37,425 nt of DNA from Patulibacter sp. (GTDB lineage: Bacteria > Actinomycetota > Thermoleophilia > Solirubrobacterales > Solirubrobacteraceae), in contig JBAZOW010000001.1 of the NCBI GenBank assembly GCA_041648495.1, forward strand, positions 1 to 37,425, written 5' to 3'. Below are positions 10,664-19,839 of this stretch, one piece after another. Position 1 is the stretch's first letter. Every line of letters starts with the position of its first letter. Both the position numbers and the translations under genes were made by a program. A model generated the notes under the pieces. That model was not told where the DNA came from and ran no database searches. It saw only the letters and a program-made list of their open reading frames with translations.

Positions 10664-12148
10664 CTAGCGGTCGTCGTCGGCGTCGTCCGCCGTCGCTCCG
10701 GAGGTCTTGCGACGGACGTCGATCAGCTGCTCGTCGATCCAGTCCCCCGGGTCGCGGCGCAGGACGATCTCGCGCAGCCCGTCGGCGCGGTGGGCGCGCT
10801 CCTCGTCGGACATGGTCAGCGCGCGGTGGATCGCGTTGGCCAGCGCCTGGACGTCGAACGGGTTCACCGTCAGGGCGAACTCGCCGAGCTCCTCGTGCGC
10901 CCCGGTGTTCTCCGAGAGGATCGAGACGCCGTTGCGCTCGTTGACGATCGGACCCTCCTTCGCCACCAGGTTCATCCCGTCGAACATCGCGTTGACGATG
11001 TGGACGTCGTAGTGGCGGTAGGCGGCCATCGCCTCCTCCAGGTCGTCGCGCAGCTTCAGCTGGATCGGCATCCAGTCCGGCGTCCCGTGGCGGTGGTTGA
11101 CGACCGCGACGAGCGCCTCGATCCGCTCCAGGTACTCCATGTACTCGGCGACGTCGGTCCGTGACGGCATCAGCTGCGCCATGAAGGTCACGCGCTCGCG
11201 GAACTCCGGGTGCTGCTCGAGGAACAGGTCGAAGGCCGAGAACCCGCGCAGCACGTTCTTCGACAGGTCCGCGCGGTCGACGCGGAGGATCAGGTGCTCG
11301 CGGCGGCGGCGCAGCAGCTCGTCCTCGTGCTCCCGGACCCGGGCCCGACGCGAGACGCTGCGCGTGGCGGCGGCGTCGATCGGCAGCGGGTAGGCGCGGA
11401 CCCAGACCTCGCGGTCGTCGATCCGGACCACGCCCTGCTTGTGGTCGACTTCGAGATCGAGCAGGTCCTCGCAGCACTGCAGGAAGTTGCGGCGGTAGCT
11501 GCGCGTGTGGAAGCCGACGATGTCGTTGGCCAGGATCCCGCGGTACAGCTCGTCGCGCATCTTGCCGGGCAGCACGCGCCAGCTGTCGGACTGCGACCAC
11601 GGGATGTGGACGAAGTGGTGCAGGAACGCGTCGGGACGGCGCTCGCGGATCATCTGCGGCAGCAGGTACAGGTGGTAGTCGTGGATCATCACGACCGGCG
11701 ACTCCTCGCCGTCGATCTCCTCGACCACCGCGTCGGCCAGATCCTGGTTGACGATCTTGTAGCCGTACTCGTAGGCCTCGACCTCCTCGGCCCGCACGTC
11801 CGGGGCGTTGGAGAGGTCCCAGAGGTAGTGCTGGATGAACCACAGCATCGGGTTGGAGACCACGCTGTAGAACCGCTCGTAGGCCAGCTCGTCGCTGATC
11901 ACCAGGCGCACGTCGTACGAGCCCCCGGCCGGGGAGTCGACCGAGAACGCCTTGCCGCGGGCCTCCCGAGCGCGATCGGCGTCGCCGCGACCCATCGCGT
12001 TGGCGATCCAGGTCGCCCGACGGTGCGACGCCAGGCCGGTCAGCGCGGTGACCAATCCGCCGGTTCCGCGGGTGATCGTCCCGTCGGTGTCGAAGGTGAC
12101 CGGCCCCCGGTTGGAGACGAGGACCAACGGCTGCTGCGTATCGGACAT
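10664..12148 (-). CDS. otsA: Trehalose-6-phosphate synthase (GT20 family)
   Basis: LVSNRGP, GGLVTAL, MIHDYHL, HFVHIPW, VDRADLSKN, DGMNLVAKEG, LSENTGA, VNPFD. Confidence 0.9.
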   Translation of the reverse strand: MSDTQQPLVLVSNRGPVTFDTDGTITRGTGGLVTALTGLASHRRATWIANAMGRGDADRAREARGKAFSVDSPAGGSYDVRLVISDELAYERFYSVVSNPMLWFIQHYLWDLSNAPDVRAEEVEAYEYGYKIVNQDLADAVVEEIDGEESPVVMIHDYHLYLLPQMIRERRPDAFLHHFVHIPWSQSDSWRVLPGKMRDELYRGILANDIVGFHTRSYRRNFLQCCEDLLDLEVDHKQGVVRIDDREVWVRAYPLPIDAAATRSVSRRARVREHEDELLRRRREHLILRVDRADLSKNVLRGFSAFDLFLEQHPEFRERVTFMAQLMPSRTDVAEYMEYLERIEALVAVVNHRHGTPDWMPIQLKLRDDLEEAMAAYRHYDVHIVNAMFDGMNLVAKEGPIVNERNGVSILSENTGAHEELGEFALTVNPFDVQALANAIHRALTMSDEERAHRADGLREIVLRRDPGDWIDEQLIDVRRKTSGATADDADDDR

Positions 12149-12229
12149 CGAGCCCGAGCGTATCCGCTCCGTGACGCGTCCCGGTCGCGACCGGGCGAAC
12201 GCCCGCCCGGACGGGGTGGCCGTCCGCCG

Positions 12230-13660
12230 TCAGACCGGCAGCCGCAGGGTGAACGTCGTGCGACCGGGCCGCGAATCGACCGTCAGCTCGCCGCGCATCT
12301 TGTGGGAGATCTCGCGGGCGATCGCCAGGCCCAGGCCCGCGCCCGACCCGTCGCTCGCCCCGTGGAACGGCTCGAAGATGCTCGGCAGCTCCTCCGGCGG
12401 GACCCCCGGCCCGCTGTCGGTGACCGAGATCTCGGCGGCGCCGTGGCGCCGCTCCACCCGGACCTCCACCCGGTCCCCCGCGTTGGAGTGCTTGAGCGCG
12501 TTGTCGATCAAGGTGCGGAGCAGCTGCGCGACGCGATCCGGGTCGCAGGCGTGGACCACCGGGGCGCCGACCAGCTGGACGCTCAACGAGCGACGCTCGC
12601 GCTCGACGATCGGCTCGAACTCGCGGGCCACCCGCGCCGCGAGCGCGTGCAGGTCGGTGTTCTCTGACCGTAGCTCGGCCCCGCCGCTCTCGAACCGCGA
12701 GAGATCGAGCAGGTCGCCGCAGAGCCGCATCAGGCGGTTCGTCTGGTCCTCGAGCTGCGCGAAGAAGCTGCGGCGCGTCTCCTCGTCCAGGTCCTCGTCG
12801 CGCAGCAGCTCGACGTAGCCCGAGAGCGACTGGAGCGGCGTCCGCAGCTCGTGCGACGCCGTCGCGATGAACCGCTTGCGGCTGCTGTCGAGCTGCTCCA
12901 GCTGGCGCTGCATCGTGTCGAGCGAGCGGGCCAGGGCGCCGAGCTCGTCCTGCGCGTCGACCTGGAAGCGCGTGGTGAACCGTCCCTCGGCGACCTCCCG
13001 CGAGCCGAGCTCGAGCCGTCGCAGCCGCGACGACAGCGTGAAGGCGACCACCGCGCCGGCGATCAGCGCCACGAGCACCCCGAGTGCGCCGCCGATCAGC
13101 ACGCGGCGGCGCACCAGCACCACGGTCCGTCGGACGTCGCTCAGCGGCACCGTCGCCACCAGCACCTGGCCGGGACCCGACGCCAGCGGCCACGCGATCC
13201 GGATCCGCAGCGCCGCCTCCCCGCGTCCGTGCGCCTCGGAGAGCAGCCCGCCGACGGTCAGCGCGCGCTCGGCCAGCCCGACGTCCTTGGCGTCGGGCGC
13301 GGCGCCGGCCGTCTCGGCGCGGACCGCCAACCGACCGTCTCCCCGGGGTCCGAGCAGCGCGACGGTGGCGCCGGTCTGACGGGCCACGGTGTTGACCAGC
13401 CGCTGGTCCGCCGCGGTCTGGCGCTCCCGCGCCGCCGCCCGGCCTTCCCGCACTCCCGCCGCCCGCTCGGCCACCTGCGACCGCACCGCCGCGTCGTCGA
13501 CGGCGCTCCGGGTCTGCTCGGTGAGGGCCCGCAGGCGCTGCTGCACCATCGTCGACTCGAGCGACGGCAGCACCTGGAGGGCGATCGCCCCGATCGCGAT
13601 CAGCGTGACGACGACGAACGACGCCGTCCAGCGCACGCGCAGCGACCAGCGCAGGCCCAT
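12230..13660 (-). CDS. Membrane sensor histidine kinase (2 TM, HAMP, HisKA, HATPase)
   Basis: Two hydrophobic segments, HAMP (DELGALARSLDTM), H-box ASHELRTPL, N-box LIDNALKH, DSGPGV, GAGLGLAIA. Confidence 0.95.
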   Translation of the reverse strand: MGLRWSLRVRWTASFVVVTLIAIGAIALQVLPSLESTMVQQRLRALTEQTRSAVDDAAVRSQVAERAAGVREGRAAARERQTAADQRLVNTVARQTGATVALLGPRGDGRLAVRAETAGAAPDAKDVGLAERALTVGGLLSEAHGRGEAALRIRIAWPLASGPGQVLVATVPLSDVRRTVVLVRRRVLIGGALGVLVALIAGAVVAFTLSSRLRRLELGSREVAEGRFTTRFQVDAQDELGALARSLDTMQRQLEQLDSSRKRFIATASHELRTPLQSLSGYVELLRDEDLDEETRRSFFAQLEDQTNRLMRLCGDLLDLSRFESGGAELRSENTDLHALAARVAREFEPIVERERRSLSVQLVGAPVVHACDPDRVAQLLRTLIDNALKHSNAGDRVEVRVERRHGAAEISVTDSGPGVPPEELPSIFEPFHGASDGSGAGLGLAIAREISHKMRGELTVDSRPGRTTFTLRLPV

Positions 13661-13663
13661 GGC

Positions 13664-14377
13664 CTAGTCGTCCGTGTCGCGGAAGCGATACCCCAACCCG
13701 CGCACCGTGATCACGTACTCGGGGTCGCGCGGGTCGCGCTCGATCTTCTCGCGCAGGTGCAGGACGTGGACGTCGACCGTGCGCCGCTCACGGTACGCCG
13801 ATCCGCCCCAGGCGCGCTCGAGCAGCATGTCGCGGGTGAAGACCCGGCCCGGCGCGTAGGCCATCGTCACCAGCAGCTCGAACTCCAGGTGGGTCAGCTC
13901 GACCTCGTCACCGCGGACCGTGACCCGGCGGCGGTCGGGATCGATCACCAGCTCGCCGGCCGTGATCGGCGGCGTCTCGCCCGCGACCACCGCAGGCAGC
14001 GCCGCGCGACGGAGCGCCGCCTTGACCCGGCTGCGCAGCTCGCGGACCGAGAACGGCTTGGTCACGTAGTCGTCCGCACCGCTCTCCAGGCCGGCGACGC
14101 GATCGACCTCCTCGCCACGGGCCGAGAGCATGATGATCGGCACCGGCGAGCGCTCGCGCAAGCGGCGGCAGACCTCGAACCCGTCGATCCCGGGCAGCAT
14201 CACGTCGAGCAGCACCAGGTCGGGGCGGACGCGGTCGAACTCCTCCAGCGCCTCGGTGCCGGAGGCCGCGGTCACGACGTCGTGACCGTCGCGGCGCAGC
14301 GGGAACGCGAGCAGCGTGCGGATCGGTTCCTCGTCGTCGACGACGAGGATGCGGGCGGTGGGGACGGTCGAGGACAC
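13664..14377 (-). CDS. OmpR/PhoB-family response regulator
   Basis: ILVVDDEE, LVLLDVMLPGIDG, GADDYVTKPFS, winged helix RTVDVHVLHLREKIE...TVRGLGY; start assigned to GTG 14377 (approximate). Confidence 0.95.
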   Translation of the reverse strand: MSSTVPTARILVVDDEEPIRTLLAFPLRRDGHDVVTAASGTEALEEFDRVRPDLVLLDVMLPGIDGFEVCRRLRERSPVPIIMLSARGEEVDRVAGLESGADDYVTKPFSVRELRSRVKAALRRAALPAVVAGETPPITAGELVIDPDRRRVTVRGDEVELTHLEFELLVTMAYAPGRVFTRDMLLERAWGGSAYRERRTVDVHVLHLREKIERDPRDPEYVITVRGLGYRFRDTDD

Positions 14378-14534
14378 GGAGCGGGTACCGATTGAACCGG
14401 TTGTCCCGGTCGGTATACAGAGGTTGACGGAGTGGTGAGCCGCCCACAGCCTAGGGTCTCTCCCGGCATCGGGCGCGGGGTCGGGGGACGGCAGGCGCCA
14501 CGATCGATCCCGAATCGCCGGTACGCTGGCGCTC

Positions 14535-16343
14535 TTGCCCCTTCGACTTGGCATCGGCGCGCTGCTGCTGGCGGCGCTGATCGCAGCGTTCTCGCTGCAA
14601 CAGCAGCCCGATCCGTTGACCGGCGACATCCCGCCCGACGCGTTCGACGCGACGACCGGGGCGCGCCTGACCACGGTGCTGGCGTCGACCTACCCGGACC
14701 GGCGGGCGGGGTCGCCCGGCGACCACGCCCTGGCCGACCGCGTCGCCGACCTGCTGCGCAACGCGATGCCGACGGCCGACGTCCGGACGGACAGCTTCAC
14801 CGCGGCGACGCCCGACGGCAAGCGCGAGCTGCGCAACGTCTCGGCCACGCTGCTCGGCCAGCCGGGGCCGGAGATCGTCGTGGTCGCCCACCGCGACGCG
14901 CTCGAGCGCGGCAGCGCCGCCGAGATGAGCGCCACCGGGGCGTTGCTGACGCTCGCCCGGACGGCGGGGCAGAGCCGGTTCGACCGGACGATCCGGTTCG
15001 TCTCGACGAGCGGGGCGTCCGGGGGCGGACTGACCGGCGCCACCCGGCTGGCTCGGGACCTGTCGGAGTCGGTCGAGGCGGTGCTCGTGCTCGGCGACAT
15101 GAGCGGCGGGCGCGATCGCCCGGCCGAGGTCGTCCCGTGGTCGAACTCGCGGGAGGCGGCCCCCTTGCGGCTGCAACGCACCGTCGAGGCGGCGTTGCGG
15201 GCCGAGGAGCTGCCTCCGCGCTCGACCACCGGGCTGTGGACCCAGTTGGTGCGCCGCGGGCTGCCCGCGACCGTGGGCGAGCAGGGCGAGATCAACCAGC
15301 GCGGCAAGCCGGCCGTGCTGCTGTCCGCCGGCGGCGCCACCCCTCCGCCGGCGGACGCGCCCGTCGACGCTGCGGGGTTCTCCGCCTACGGGCGCAGCGC
15401 GCTGCGCAGCCTGCGGGCGCTCGACGCTCCGCAGGCGACCGTCGGCCCCCAGCTGTCGGGCTTCGTCGTCGCCGGCCAGGTGATGCCCGCCTGGGCGATG
15501 CGGGTGCTGATCCTGGCGATCGTCCTGCCGGTGCTCGGCGGTGCGCTGATCGTGATCCTGACCCTGCTGCGCGACCGTCACCCGTTGATGGCCGGGGCCG
15601 CCTGGACGCTCGGCTGCGTGACCGGACCGCTGGTCGCGGGTCTGCTGGTGATCGGCCTCGGTCGGATCGGCGCGATCGGTCCGGCGGTGCCGGCCCCGTT
15701 CGCGGGAGGGGCCGCGCCCCCCTCGTTCTGGGCCTGGGTCCTGCTCGCGTTCCTGCTGATCCTGCTCGTCGTGACGATCGCCGTCGCTCGTCCGCGGCTG
15801 ACCCAGGACGCGACCGGCCACGCGCGGCCCTCGCGGATCTCGGTCTCGACCGGGGTCTTCGGCCTGATGGCCGTGGTCACGTTGATCCTCGTCGCCTGGA
15901 ATCCGCCCGCGGGTCTGCTGGTGCTTCCCGCGTTGTTCGCCTGGCCCGCGGCGATCTCCCCGGTGCCGGTCGTCAGTCCGTTGCACCGGGCCGGGCTGAT
16001 GCTGCTCGGGGCCGCGCTGCCGCTCGCGGCGCTGGTGACGATCGCGAGCACGCTCGAGGTGCCCGCGGTGCAGATCCCGTGGTGGCTCGTGCTGCTGGTC
16101 GCGGGCGGCCACATCACGGCGTTCAGCCTGCTGGTCAGCAGCCTGATCGCCGGGGCCCTGATCGCCACCGTGCTGACGCTGATCCCGCGCGGCGCCCCGG
16201 GCCGGGGCGCCCGTCTGCGGGACGGGATCGACCGGCTACGGGCCGGGGTCCGGCAGCGGCGAGCCCGCCCGGACGAGGTGCTCGAAGCCGTCCCAGACGA
16301 CGACCTCGGACCCGCGCCGGAGCCGCAGCCCCGGACCGTCTGA
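14535..16343 (+). CDS. Multi-pass membrane protein with a degenerate M28 Zn-peptidase-like extracytoplasmic domain (Gaa1/GPAA1-like architecture)
   Basis: N-terminal TM, RRAGSPGD, RNVSATLLG, IVVVAHRD, IRFVSTSG, VLVLGDM (M28 fold landmarks), then about 7 hydrophobic helices; TTG start 7 nt after TACGCT. Confidence 0.7.
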   Translation: MPLRLGIGALLLAALIAAFSLQQQPDPLTGDIPPDAFDATTGARLTTVLASTYPDRRAGSPGDHALADRVADLLRNAMPTADVRTDSFTAATPDGKRELRNVSATLLGQPGPEIVVVAHRDALERGSAAEMSATGALLTLARTAGQSRFDRTIRFVSTSGASGGGLTGATRLARDLSESVEAVLVLGDMSGGRDRPAEVVPWSNSREAAPLRLQRTVEAALRAEELPPRSTTGLWTQLVRRGLPATVGEQGEINQRGKPAVLLSAGGATPPPADAPVDAAGFSAYGRSALRSLRALDAPQATVGPQLSGFVVAGQVMPAWAMRVLILAIVLPVLGGALIVILTLLRDRHPLMAGAAWTLGCVTGPLVAGLLVIGLGRIGAIGPAVPAPFAGGAAPPSFWAWVLLAFLLILLVVTIAVARPRLTQDATGHARPSRISVSTGVFGLMAVVTLILVAWNPPAGLLVLPALFAWPAAISPVPVVSPLHRAGLMLLGAALPLAALVTIASTLEVPAVQIPWWLVLLVAGGHITAFSLLVSSLIAGALIATVLTLIPRGAPGRGARLRDGIDRLRAGVRQRRARPDEVLEAVPDDDLGPAPEPQPRTV

Positions 16344-17258
16344 GCCGCGCGGCCGGACCCGACCGACCCAGGTCACGTCGCCGACCGCCGCCTCGACGGC
16401 CGCCACGCGGTCCTCGTCGACGGTGAACAGCAGCTCGAAGTCCTCGCCCCCGGTCGCCGCGACGCGGGGCCCGTCCGAGCCCAGGACCGCGGCCACCGCC
16501 GCGACGCCCGCCTGGACCGGCAGCCGCTCGACGTCGATCTCGAGCACGACGTCCGACGCGCGTCCGACGTGCGCGGCATCGACCGCGACCCCGTCGGACA
16601 GGTCGATCGCGGCGCGGACCCCGGCGTGGAGCAGCGCCGGGCCGGCGTCGAACCGCGGTAGCGGGCGCCGGTAGCGCTCGACCAGGGCCGCGCGGACCGC
16701 CGGGTCGGGTGCCGCCGCGGCCGCGGCGGGATCCTGCAGGATCGCCAGGCCCGCGTGGCTGCCGCCGAGCGCGCCGGTCACCCCGATCCGCTGTCCGACG
16801 ATCGCGCGATCCCGGCGCAGGACGTGCTCGGCGTCGACCGCCCAGCCGACGACGGTCACCGTCGCGACGCCGACCGGGCCGCTGGTCACGTCCCCCCCCG
16901 CGACGGTGTTGCCGGTCGCCGCGGAGAGCGCCTCGACCGCCGCCACCAGCTCGAGCACGGCGTCGTCGTCCCAGGCGGGCGGGACCGTGATCGCCAGGTA
17001 CGACTCGCCGGCGGGCACGCCCATCGCGGCGAGGTCCGAGAGCGCGGTCGCCAGGGCCCGGTGGCCGACGACGGCGGGCGTGGCGTGGGCCGGGTCGTCC
17101 GGCAGGTGCACGCCGATCACCGTGGTGTCGACGCTGGTCACCGCGACGCCGCCGCCGACCCGCACGACCGCGGCGTCGTCGCCGGGGCCGATCAGCAGGC
17201 GCGGGGTGCGCAAGCGCAGCTCCGCGGTGAGCCGTTGGATGAGGGAGCGTTCCGCCAC
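16236..17258 (-). CDS. thiL: Thiamine-monophosphate kinase
   Basis: ERSLIQRL, GPGDDAAVV, LSDLAAMG, GGDVT, AIDLSDG, GGEDFELLFT, GFEH. Confidence 0.95.
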   Translation of the reverse strand: MAERSLIQRLTAELRLRTPRLLIGPGDDAAVVRVGGGVAVTSVDTTVIGVHLPDDPAHATPAVVGHRALATALSDLAAMGVPAGESYLAITVPPAWDDDAVLELVAAVEALSAATGNTVAGGDVTSGPVGVATVTVVGWAVDAEHVLRRDRAIVGQRIGVTGALGGSHAGLAILQDPAAAAAAPDPAVRAALVERYRRPLPRFDAGPALLHAGVRAAIDLSDGVAVDAAHVGRASDVVLEIDVERLPVQAGVAAVAAVLGSDGPRVAATGGEDFELLFTVDEDRVAAVEAAVGDVTWVGRVRPRGSDGPGLRLRRGSEVVVWDGFEHLVRAGSPLPDPGP

Positions 17259-17297
17259 GGGATCCGGACCTGGCCGGGGTGCGCGGCGGAGCGGGTG

Positions 17298-17516
17298 CTA
17301 CCGGTGGCGGTAGACGATGCGCGCGCGGCTGAGGTCGTACGGCGAGACCTCCACGCGCACCCGGTCGCCCGGGAGGATGCGGATCCGGAAGCGGCGCATC
17401 TTGCCCGCGACGTGACCCAGCACTTCGTGGCCGTTGTCGAGCATCACCTTGAACATCGCGTTCGGCAGGGCCTCGACAACCTCGCCCTCGAACTCTACTT
17501 TTTCCTCTTTGGCCAT
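17298..17516 (-). CDS. infA: Translation initiation factor IF-1
   Basis: [70 protein letters not shown]. Confidence 0.98.
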   Translation of the reverse strand: MAKEEKVEFEGEVVEALPNAMFKVMLDNGHEVLGHVAGKMRRFRIRILPGDRVRVEVSPYDLSRARIVYRHR

Positions 17517-17611
17517 GACCACCAACGGTACCACCCGGCCTGCGGCCCGGCTCAGCGCCTGGGCAGCCGACCCGCGGCGGAGAACCCCCGCTGGGACGCC
17601 GGTTCGACGCG

Positions 17612-17635
17612 GTCGCGGCCGGATCCGGCCGCGAC
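17612..17635 (-). terminator. Perfect 24-bp palindrome immediately after the PBP stop codon
   Basis: GTCGCGGCCGGATCCGGCCGCGAC is its own reverse complement and lies 4 nt downstream of the PBP stop. Confidence 0.55.
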
Positions 17636-17639
17636 GATC

Positions 17640-19721
17640 TCAGTTGCCGGTCGCGGCGTCGTCAGGGGTGTAGCCCTCGGGCTCCTCGAACGCGGGCGTG
17701 TCGCTCGTGTCCGACGTGGTCGAGGACGAGTCGTCGCCGTCGTCGTCCGCATCGTCGCTGGCCGCCGAGCTGGTCGCATACTTGCCCGTGCCCTTGGACC
17801 CGGAGAACGGCACCAGGCCCTTGAAGTCGCCGCAGTAGCCGCCGCGGGCCTTGGACATGTAGTCCTTGAAGATCGGTGCCGAGACGCTGGCGCCCTGGAT
17901 ATTGCCGCCGGCGCGCGACGTCGCGAAGATCGTCCGCCGCGAGTCCGGATAGCCGACCCAGACGGCGGTCGCCATCCGCGGGGTGAAGCCCGCGAGCCAG
18001 ACGTCGGACGGGCCGTCGGTGGTGCCGGTCTTCCCCGCCGCCGGGCAGTTGAAGTTGGCCGCCGACGCCGTGCCGCCGGTCATGTTCGCCTGGAGGATCC
18101 GGCTGACCTCGCTGGCGACATCCTTGGGGATGCCGCGGGTCTTGCGGACCGGCTGCGGATCGCGGACCTTGCCGCTGGGGAACTCGACCTTGGTGATCGC
18201 GCGCGGCACGACCCGCATGCCGCCGTTGCCGATCGTCGCGTAGACCCGCGCCATCTCGAGCGGGCTCGCCTCGGCCGCACCGAGCGCCTCCGACGGGAAG
18301 CTGCCGAGCTTCGAGGTGAAGCCCATCGCCTTGGCGGTCTTCGTGACGTTCTCCGGCCCGACGTCGAGGTCGAGCTGGACGAAGACGGTGTTGGTCGACT
18401 TCAACGTGGCGGTCTTCAGGTCCTGGCGGCCACCGCCGCCGCTGCCGAAGTTCTTCAGCGTGCACTCGCTGCCGCTGCACCACGGCGGCGGGATCGTGAA
18501 CGTCCCGGGCGACGGGTAGCTCGTGCCGGGGCTGATCCCCTGCTCGAACGCGGTCGCCAGCACGATCGACTTGAAGGTCGACCCCGGCTGGCGCTTGCCC
18601 TGGAGCGCCAGGTCGTACTGCCCCTGCTTGAACGTGGTCGACGACGCCGCGGCCTCGATGTTGCCGTTGGTCGGGTTGATCGTCGCCACCGCCGCGGACG
18701 GGTCGCCGGCGTTGGGGTCGAGGTGGCGGGCCATCGCCTCGCGGGCGATCCGCTGCTTCCGCAGGTCGAGCGTGGTGTGGACCTTGAGCCCGCCCTCCTG
18801 GACCTTCTTGCGGCCGTACTTCTCGATCAACTGCGTGCGGACGTAGTTGAGGAAGTAGCGCTCGCGCTTGGTCGAGAAGTAGGTGCTCTTCTTGACCCCG
18901 AGCGACGCGTTCTGCGCCTTCGTCGCCTCGGCGGTGGTGATGTAGTTCTGCTCGGCCATCCGCCGCAGCACGTCGTTGCGGCGCTTGAGCGCGTTGTCCG
19001 GGCTCAGGTACGGGTTGTACTGCGAGGGAGCCTGCGGCAGACCGGCGATCATCGCCGCCTGCGGCAGCGTCAGCTTGGCGGCCGTGGTGTTGAAGTAGGC
19101 CCGCGAGGCCGCTTCGACGCCCTTCACGTCCTTACCGTCGACCGTGCCGTACGGCGCGCTGTTGAGGTAGGTGGTCAGGACCCAGCTCTTGCCCTTGGGG
19201 CCCGGGTGCCGCTGCTCGAGCTGACCGGCGAGCTTGGCCTCGCGGATCTTCCGCTTGAGGCTGCTCGTGTCGTCCTCGGTCCAGAGGTTGCGGATCAGCT
19301 GCATCTCGAGCGTCGACGCGCCCTCGGTGTTCGAGCCGGTCGTGATGTTCCGGGTCGCGGCGCGGAAGACGCCCTCGACGTCGACGCCCTTGTGCTCGTA
19401 GAACCGGCGGTCCTCGACCGCGACGGTCGCGTCGCGGACGAGCTTCGACTGGCGCTTGCTGGAGACCGGCTGACGCAGGACGGGGCCGGGCAGGAAGCCG
19501 AGCCGGGTGCCGTCGGCCGCGTAGACGACCGAGGTGGTTCCCGGGTCGACCTGGCTCAGGTCGTCGAGATCCGCGCTGTCGGCGATGTTCATCACGTACG
19601 CGGCGCCGCCGCCCGCGGCGACGACCGCGGTCACGAGGAACACCGAGAGGAGAACGAGGACGACGCGGGTCGCGCCGCCCTTGGAACGGCGCTGTCGCCG
19701 TTTACGAGCTGCGTGGGACAT
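17640..19721 (-). CDS. Class A penicillin-binding protein (transglycosylase + transpeptidase, PBP1A type)
   Basis: TM anchor, AVEDRRFYEHKGVD, GASTLEMQLIRN, RKIREA, RQPGSTFK (SxxK), STN (SxN), GKTGT; ATG at 19721. Confidence 0.96.
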   Translation of the reverse strand: MSHAARKRRQRRSKGGATRVVLVLLSVFLVTAVVAAGGGAAYVMNIADSADLDDLSQVDPGTTSVVYAADGTRLGFLPGPVLRQPVSSKRQSKLVRDATVAVEDRRFYEHKGVDVEGVFRAATRNITTGSNTEGASTLEMQLIRNLWTEDDTSSLKRKIREAKLAGQLEQRHPGPKGKSWVLTTYLNSAPYGTVDGKDVKGVEAASRAYFNTTAAKLTLPQAAMIAGLPQAPSQYNPYLSPDNALKRRNDVLRRMAEQNYITTAEATKAQNASLGVKKSTYFSTKRERYFLNYVRTQLIEKYGRKKVQEGGLKVHTTLDLRKQRIAREAMARHLDPNAGDPSAAVATINPTNGNIEAAASSTTFKQGQYDLALQGKRQPGSTFKSIVLATAFEQGISPGTSYPSPGTFTIPPPWCSGSECTLKNFGSGGGGRQDLKTATLKSTNTVFVQLDLDVGPENVTKTAKAMGFTSKLGSFPSEALGAAEASPLEMARVYATIGNGGMRVVPRAITKVEFPSGKVRDPQPVRKTRGIPKDVASEVSRILQANMTGGTASAANFNCPAAGKTGTTDGPSDVWLAGFTPRMATAVWVGYPDSRRTIFATSRAGGNIQGASVSAPIFKDYMSKARGGYCGDFKGLVPFSGSKGTGKYATSSAASDDADDDGDDSSSTTSDTSDTPAFEEPEGYTPDDAATGN

Positions 19722-19839
19722 GGGGCTCAGCCAGAGTACCGGGCCGAGGCCCGAACTCCTGCCGGTTGCACTTCCGAGTGCACCCGGGCGCGGGCCACTG
19801 CAGCGCGTACACCGGCCGGACCCGCCACCATGCACGGTG

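Noticed and set aside
17259-17297. TPP riboswitch ahead of thiL
   Set aside because: Only 39 nt separate infA and thiL, and no TPP aptamer core is present.
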